A stretch of DNA of 64,000 bases from the human T2T-CHM13v2.0 reference genome, Homo sapiens. Location: assembly GCF_009914755.1 (NCBI RefSeq), contig NC_060940.1; one strand, given 5' to 3'. Of this stretch, positions 57,901-64,000 are shown in pieces; within the stretch, counting starts at the first letter, position 1, and every line of letters starts with the position of its first letter. Both the position numbers and the translations under genes were made by a program. The notes under the pieces were generated by a model. That model was not told the origin of the DNA. It saw nothing but the letters and a program-made list of their open reading frames with translations, and did no database searches.

Positions 57901-60900
57901 CCATTTGATTTCATTCGATGATGATTCCATTCGATTCCATTCGATGATTCCATTCTATTCCATTCGATGATGATTCCATTCGAGTCCATTCGATGATTCC
58001 ATTCGAGTCCATTTAATGATTCCATTGGGTTCAATTCAATGATGATTACATTGGATTCCGTTCTATGATTCCATTCAATTCCTTTCATTGACAATTTGAT
58101 TCCATTCGATGATGATTCAATTTGAGTTCATTCGATGATTCTATTCGATTCTCTTCGATGGTGATTCAATTCTATTATATTGGATGATTCCATTCGATTC
58201 CATTTGATGTTGATTCAATTCGATTCTATTCGATGATGATTCCATTGGATTTCACTTGATGATTCTATTCGATTCCATTCAATGATGATTCACTTCTCGT
58301 CCATTGGATGATTCCATTTCATTCCATTCGATGATGATTTCCTTCGATTCCATGCGACGGTGAGCAATTCGATTCAATTCCATGATGATTCTATTTGATT
58401 CAATTAGATGATGTTTCCATTCGAATCCATTCCATGATTATTCCATTGGAATCCATTCGGCGATGATTCCATATGAGTCAATTCAATGATGATTCCATAT
58501 GGGTCCGTTCGATGATAATTCCATTTGATTTCATTCAATGCTTCTATTCTATTCCAGTCGATGATGATTCCATTGGAGTCCATACGATGATTCCATTTGA
58601 TTTCATTTGATGATGATTCCATTCGATGATGATTACATTGGATTCCATTCTATGATTCCATTCAATTCCATTCGTTGATGATTCGATTCCATTCAATGAT
58701 GATTCCATTTGAGTTCATTCGATGATTCTATTCGATTCCGTTCGATGGTGATTCAATTCTATTATATTGGATGATTCCACTCGATTCCATTTGATGATTA
58801 TTCCATTGGAGTCCACTTAGTGAATCCTTTAGATTCTACTCGAAGATGATTCCATTCGAGTCCATTCAATGATAGCATTCAATTTCATTCGTTGATGCTT
58901 CCATTCAAGTGCATTCGATGATATCATTCGATTCCATTTGATGATAATTCCATTTGATTCCATGCGATGATTCTATTCGATTCCATTCAATGATAATTCC
59001 ATTCAATTCAGTGATTCCTCTGGACTCCATTTGATGATGATACCATTCAATGATTCCATTCGATTCTATTCCAAAATGATTCCATTTGAATCCATTTGAT
59101 GATGATTCCATTAGATTCCATTTGATGATTCCATTCGATTGCATTTGACGATGATTCCATTCGATTCCATTTGATGATTCCATTCTATTCTATTCGATGA
59201 TGATTCCATTCGATTCCATTTGATGATGATTGGATTCGATTCCATTTGATGATTTCATTTGATTCCATTCGTTAATGATTTCGATCAACTCCATTCGATG
59301 ATTCCATTTGATTCCATTCGATAATGATTACATCCGAGTCCATTCGATGATTCCATTTGAGTCCGTTCGATAATTCCATTTGAGTCCAATCAATGATTCC
59401 ATTCATTTCCATTCAATGATTCCATTCGAGTCCATTTGATCATTCTGGTAGGGTCCGTTCGATGTTGATTCCATTGGAGTGCATTCGATGATTCCATTCG
59501 AGTCCATTTTATGATTTGATTCGAGTCCTTTCGATGATTCCATTCGATTCCACTCGATGATGATTTCATTCGAGTCCATTCGACACTTCCAATCGATTCC
59601 ATTTGATGTTTCCATTTGAGTCCAATTGATGATTCCATTCAATTCCATTCGATGATGATTCCGTACGATTCCATTCTGTGATGATTCCATGTGATTGCAT
59701 TCAATGATGATTCCTTTCGACTGCATTTGATTATGATTCATTTCGTGTTCATTCTATGGTTCCACAGGTTTCCATTCGATGACGTTTCCGTTCGTGTCCA
59801 TTCCATTATTCCATTCTATTTCATTTGATGATGATTCCATTCGATTCCATTCATTGGTGATTCCACTCAATTCCATTCAATGATTCCATTCCATTTCTTT
59901 CAACAATGATTCCATTACTTTCTATTCGATGATCCACTTGATTCCATTTGGCGATGATTCCATTCGTGTCCATTCGATGATTCCATTTGATTCCATATGA
60001 TGATGATTCCATTCGATTCCATACCATGATGATTCCATTCGAGTCCATTCAATGGTGATTCCATTCAATTCCATTCGATGATTCCTTCCGATTCCATTCG
60101 ATGATGATGGCATTCGATTCCTTTCAATCATTCCCTTTGATTCCATTCAAAGGTGATTTCATTAAAGTCCATTCGATAATTGCATTCGATTCCATTCTAT
60201 GATGATTCCATTCGAGTCCATTTGATGATTCCATTCAATTCAAGTCAATGATGATTCCATTTAATTCCACTCGATGATTCCATTGGATTCAATTCGATGA
60301 TGATTCCATTCAAATCCATTCGATAATTCAATTCAAGTCCATTCGATGATGATTCCAATCGAATCCATTCAAAGATTCCATTCAATTCCATTCGATGATG
60401 ATTCCCTTAGATTCCATTCGATGATTCCACTTGATTCCATTTACGATGATTCCATTCGATTCCATGTGATGAATCCATTCAATTCTATTCAATGATGTTT
60501 CCATTTGATTCCATTGGACCATGATTGCCTTTGATTCCATTCAATGATTCCATTCGGTTCCATTTGATGATGATTCCGTTCGATTCCATTTCATTATTCC
60601 ATTTGATTCCATTGGATGAGTCCATTCGATTACATTCGATGATTATTCCATTCGAGTGCATTAGATGATTGCATTCGAGTCCATTCGATGATTCCATTCG
60701 ATTCCATTCGATGTTGATTCTGTTCAAATCCATTCGATGATTCCACTCGATTCCATTCGATGACTCCATTTGATCCCATTCGATGATTTCCTGTGATTCC
60801 CTTTGATGATCATTCTATTTGATTCAATTCGGTGATTTCATTTCATTCCATTCAGTGATGTTTCCATTCGACTGTATTCGATGATGATTCCATTCGACAC

Positions 60901-63900
60901 CATTCGATTATGATTTCATTCAATTCCATTCAATAATGATTCCCTTCGAGTCCATTCGATGATTCCATTCGATTCCATTCAACGATGATTTGATTCGTTT
61001 CCATTCGATGATTCCATTTGATTCCACTTGATGATGATTCCATTCGAGTCCATTTGATGATTCCATTCGAGTCTATTTATGTATTATATTCGTGTCCGCT
61101 TCATGATTCCATTCAATTCCATTTAATGTTGATTCCATTTGATTCCATTTGATGATTCAGTTCGATTCCTTGCAATGATTCCCTACGATTCCTTTCTCTG
61201 ATGATTCCATTCGATTCCATTCATTGATGATTTCATTCGACTCCATTCGATGATGATTCCTTTCGATTCCATTTGACGATGTTTCCATTCGAGTCCATTC
61301 GATGATGATTCTATTCAATTCTGTTCTATTATGATTCCATTCGATTTCATTCAATGCTTCTATTTGATTCCATTCGATGATGATTCCATCTCTTTCCCTT
61401 CGATGATTCCATTTGATTCCATTCAGTGATGATTCCATTTGATTCCATCTGATGATGATTTCACTTGATTCCTTTCAATGATGATTCAATTCAAGTCCAT
61501 TCGATGATTCCATTGGAGTCCAAACGATCATTCCGTTCGATTCCATTCAATGGTGATTCCATTCATGTCCATTCGATGAATCCATTCAATTCCATTCGAT
61601 GATGACTCCATTCGAGTACATTCGATGATTCCATTTGATTCCATTTGAAGATGATTCCATTCAATTCCATTCGAAGATGATTCCATTCAATTCCATTCGA
61701 TGATGATTCCGTATGAATCCATTCTCTGATTATTCCATTCGATTCCATTCATTGACGATTCCATTCAATTCCATTCAATGATGATTCTCTTCTATTCCAT
61801 TCGATGATTCCGGTCGATTCCATTCCATGATGATTCCATTAGATTCCATTCGATTGTTGCATTCGATTCCCTTCGATGATGATTCCTTTGAATTCCATTC
61901 GATTATCATTCCGTATGAATCCATTTGATGATTATTCCATTGGATTCCTTTCGATGATGATTCCATTCGATTCCATTTGATGATGTTTCTCTTGTATTCC
62001 ATTGGATAATTCCTTTCAGTTCCCTTCGATGATTATTCTTTCGAGTCAATTCGATGATTCTATTCCATTCCCTTCGATGATGATTCCATTTCACTCCATT
62101 TGATGATTCCATTCGACTCAATTTGGTGATGATTCAATTCGATGACATTCGATGACTCCATTCAATTTCATTTGATGATGATTACATTCGAGTCCATTTG
62201 ATGATTGTATTCCTTTCCTTTTGATGATTATTCCATGCGTGTCTATTCAAAGGTTCCATTCTATTCCATTCAATGATGATTGCATTTGATTCCATTCAAT
62301 GATTATGGCTATCGATTCCACTCGTTGATTCCATTTGATTCCGTTCGATGATTATTCCGTTAGATTCCATTAGAAGATTCCATTCGATTTTATTCAATGA
62401 TTCCAATGGATTCCATTCAATGATGATTCCATTCGACTCCATTCAGTGATTCCATTCGAGTCCATTTGATGATTCCATTCTTTTCCATTTGATGATGATT
62501 CCATTAGGGTCCATTCAATGATTCCATTCGAGTCCATTCGTTAATGCCTTTCGAGTCCTTTTGATCACTACATTCGAGTCCATTCAATGATTCTATTCGA
62601 TTCCATTCCATGATGATTCCATTCGAGTTCATTCGATGATTGCATTCGAGTCCATTTGATGATTCCATATGATTCCATTCGACAATGATTCCATTCGTGT
62701 CCATTTGATGATTCCATTCATTTCCTATCGATGAAGATTCCATTCAAGTGTATTCGATGATTCCATTCAAATCCATTCGATGATGATTCCATTCCAGTCC
62801 ATTCGATCATTCCACTTGATTCCATTTGATGACTATTCCATTCAAATCCATTTGATGATTCCATTCGATTCCATTCGATGTTACCATTCGAGTATATACG
62901 ATGATTCCACTCGATTCCATTTGATGATTATTCCATTGGAGTCCACTTAGTGAATCCTTTAGATTCTACTGGAAGATGATTCCATTCGAGTCCATTCGAT
63001 GATACCATTCAATTCCATTCGTTGATGCTTCCATTCAAGTGCATTCGATGATATCATTCGATTCCATTTGATGATAATTCCATTTGATTCCATGCGATGA
63101 TTCTATTCGATTCCATTCAATGATAATTCCATTCAATTCAGTGATTCCTCTGGACTCCATTTGATGATGATTCCATTCAATGATTCCATTCGATTCTATT
63201 CCAAAATGATTCCATTTGAATCCATTTGATGATGATTCCATTGGATTCCATTTGATGATTCCATTCGATTCCATTCGATGATGATTCCATTCGATTCCTT
63301 TTGATGAATCCATTCTATTGTATTCGATGATGATTCCATTCGATTCCATTCGATGATGATTGGATTCGATTCCATTTGATGATTTCATTTGATTCCATTC
63401 GATAAGGATTTCGATCAACTCCATTCAATGATTCCATTCGATTCCATTCGATAATGATTACATCCGAGTCCATTCGATGATTCCATTTGAGCCCGTTAGA
63501 TAATTCCATTTGAGTCCAATCAATGATTCCATTCATTTCCATTCAATGATTCCATTCGAGTCCATTTGATCATTCCGGTAGGGTCCGTTCGATGTTGATT
63601 CCATTGGAGTGCCTTCGATGATTCCATTCGAGTCCATTTTATGATTTGATTCGAGTCCTTTCGATGATTCCATTCGATTCCACTCGATGATTTCATTCGA
63701 GTCCATTCGACACTTCCAATCGATTCCATTTGATGTTTCCATTCGATTCCAATTGATGATTCCATTCAATTCCATTCGATGATGATTCCGTACGATTCCA
63801 TTCTGTGATGATTCCATGTGATTGCATTCAATGATGATTCCTTTCGATTGCATTCGATTATGATTCATTTCGTGTTCATTCTATGGTTCCACAGGTTTCC

Positions 63901-64000
63901 ATTCGATGATGTTTCCATTCGTGTCCATTCCATTATTCCATTCTATTCCATTTGAAGATGATTCCATTCGATTCCATTCATTGGTGATTCCACTCAATTC

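Larger units (their letters stand above)
1..64000 (+). repeat. Satellite II (HSat2/HSATII) pericentromeric tandem array; HSat2B-like subfamily suspected
   Basis: Continuous diverged (CATTC)n interrupted every 23/26 bp by GATGAT/GATGATGAT, with abundant CATTCGATTC, TCGA and GAGTC. This is the established HSat2 signature; HSat3 has long pure CATTC runs. No non-satellite sequence was seen. The subfamily is only inferred from the ~6.1-kb spacing. Confidence 0.97.

Noticed and set aside
355-63868. All ORFs in the supplied track (MESSNGIEWNH-type peptides)
   Set aside because: They are translations of the GGAAT-strand satellite consensus: low complexity, overlapping in several frames, freely broken by stops and frameshifts between copies, with no recognisable domain.
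1-64000. CRISPR-like array (23-26-bp recurring units)
   Set aside because: There is no invariant repeat with unique spacers, no leader and no cas genes. The whole sequence is degenerate CATTC satellite.
1-64000. HSat3, alpha satellite or telomeric repeat
   Set aside because: No long pure (CATTC)n runs, 171-bp monomers, CENP-B boxes or TTAGGG arrays were seen. The regular GATGAT interruptions indicate HSat2.
1-64000. Strand inversion or embedded Alu/L1/unique insertion
   Set aside because: I read through the window and saw no GGAAT-oriented tract, poly(A) tail, target-site duplication or non-satellite stretch.
1-64000. Assignment to a specific chromosome or species (e.g. human chr16, chr2 or chr7)
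   Set aside because: The ~6.1-kb spacing is suggestive of HSat2B, but location and species cannot be established without alignment to reference assemblies.

Overview
The whole 64-kb window is one uninterrupted array of primate (most likely human) pericentromeric Satellite II (HSat2). It is built from CATTC-derived 23/26-bp units such as ATTCCATTCGATTCCATTCGATG(ATG) and ATTCCATTCGAGTCCATTCGATG, all in one orientation (CATTC on +). I see no real genes, RNA genes, transposon insertions or CRISPR array. The ORF track is an artefact of the satellite's strand asymmetry, but repeated ORF coordinates are good registration marks. They show a mosaic higher-order structure: a ~2-kb core module recurs at alternating ~6.1-kb and ~4.1-kb spacings. 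There is also a near-identical ~7.4-kb duplication at 9,414 bp offset, a 3 x 1,031-bp tandem triplication, and several dispersed kb-scale haplotype copies. A ~44-49 kb block looks like the undeleted long form from which the amplified unit was derived. Most small indels are sums of 23/26-bp monomers with homologous junctions. I did not find a supportable undescribed biological system; the interesting signal is the array's evolutionary architecture. All alignments were done by eye, so boundaries are approximate.
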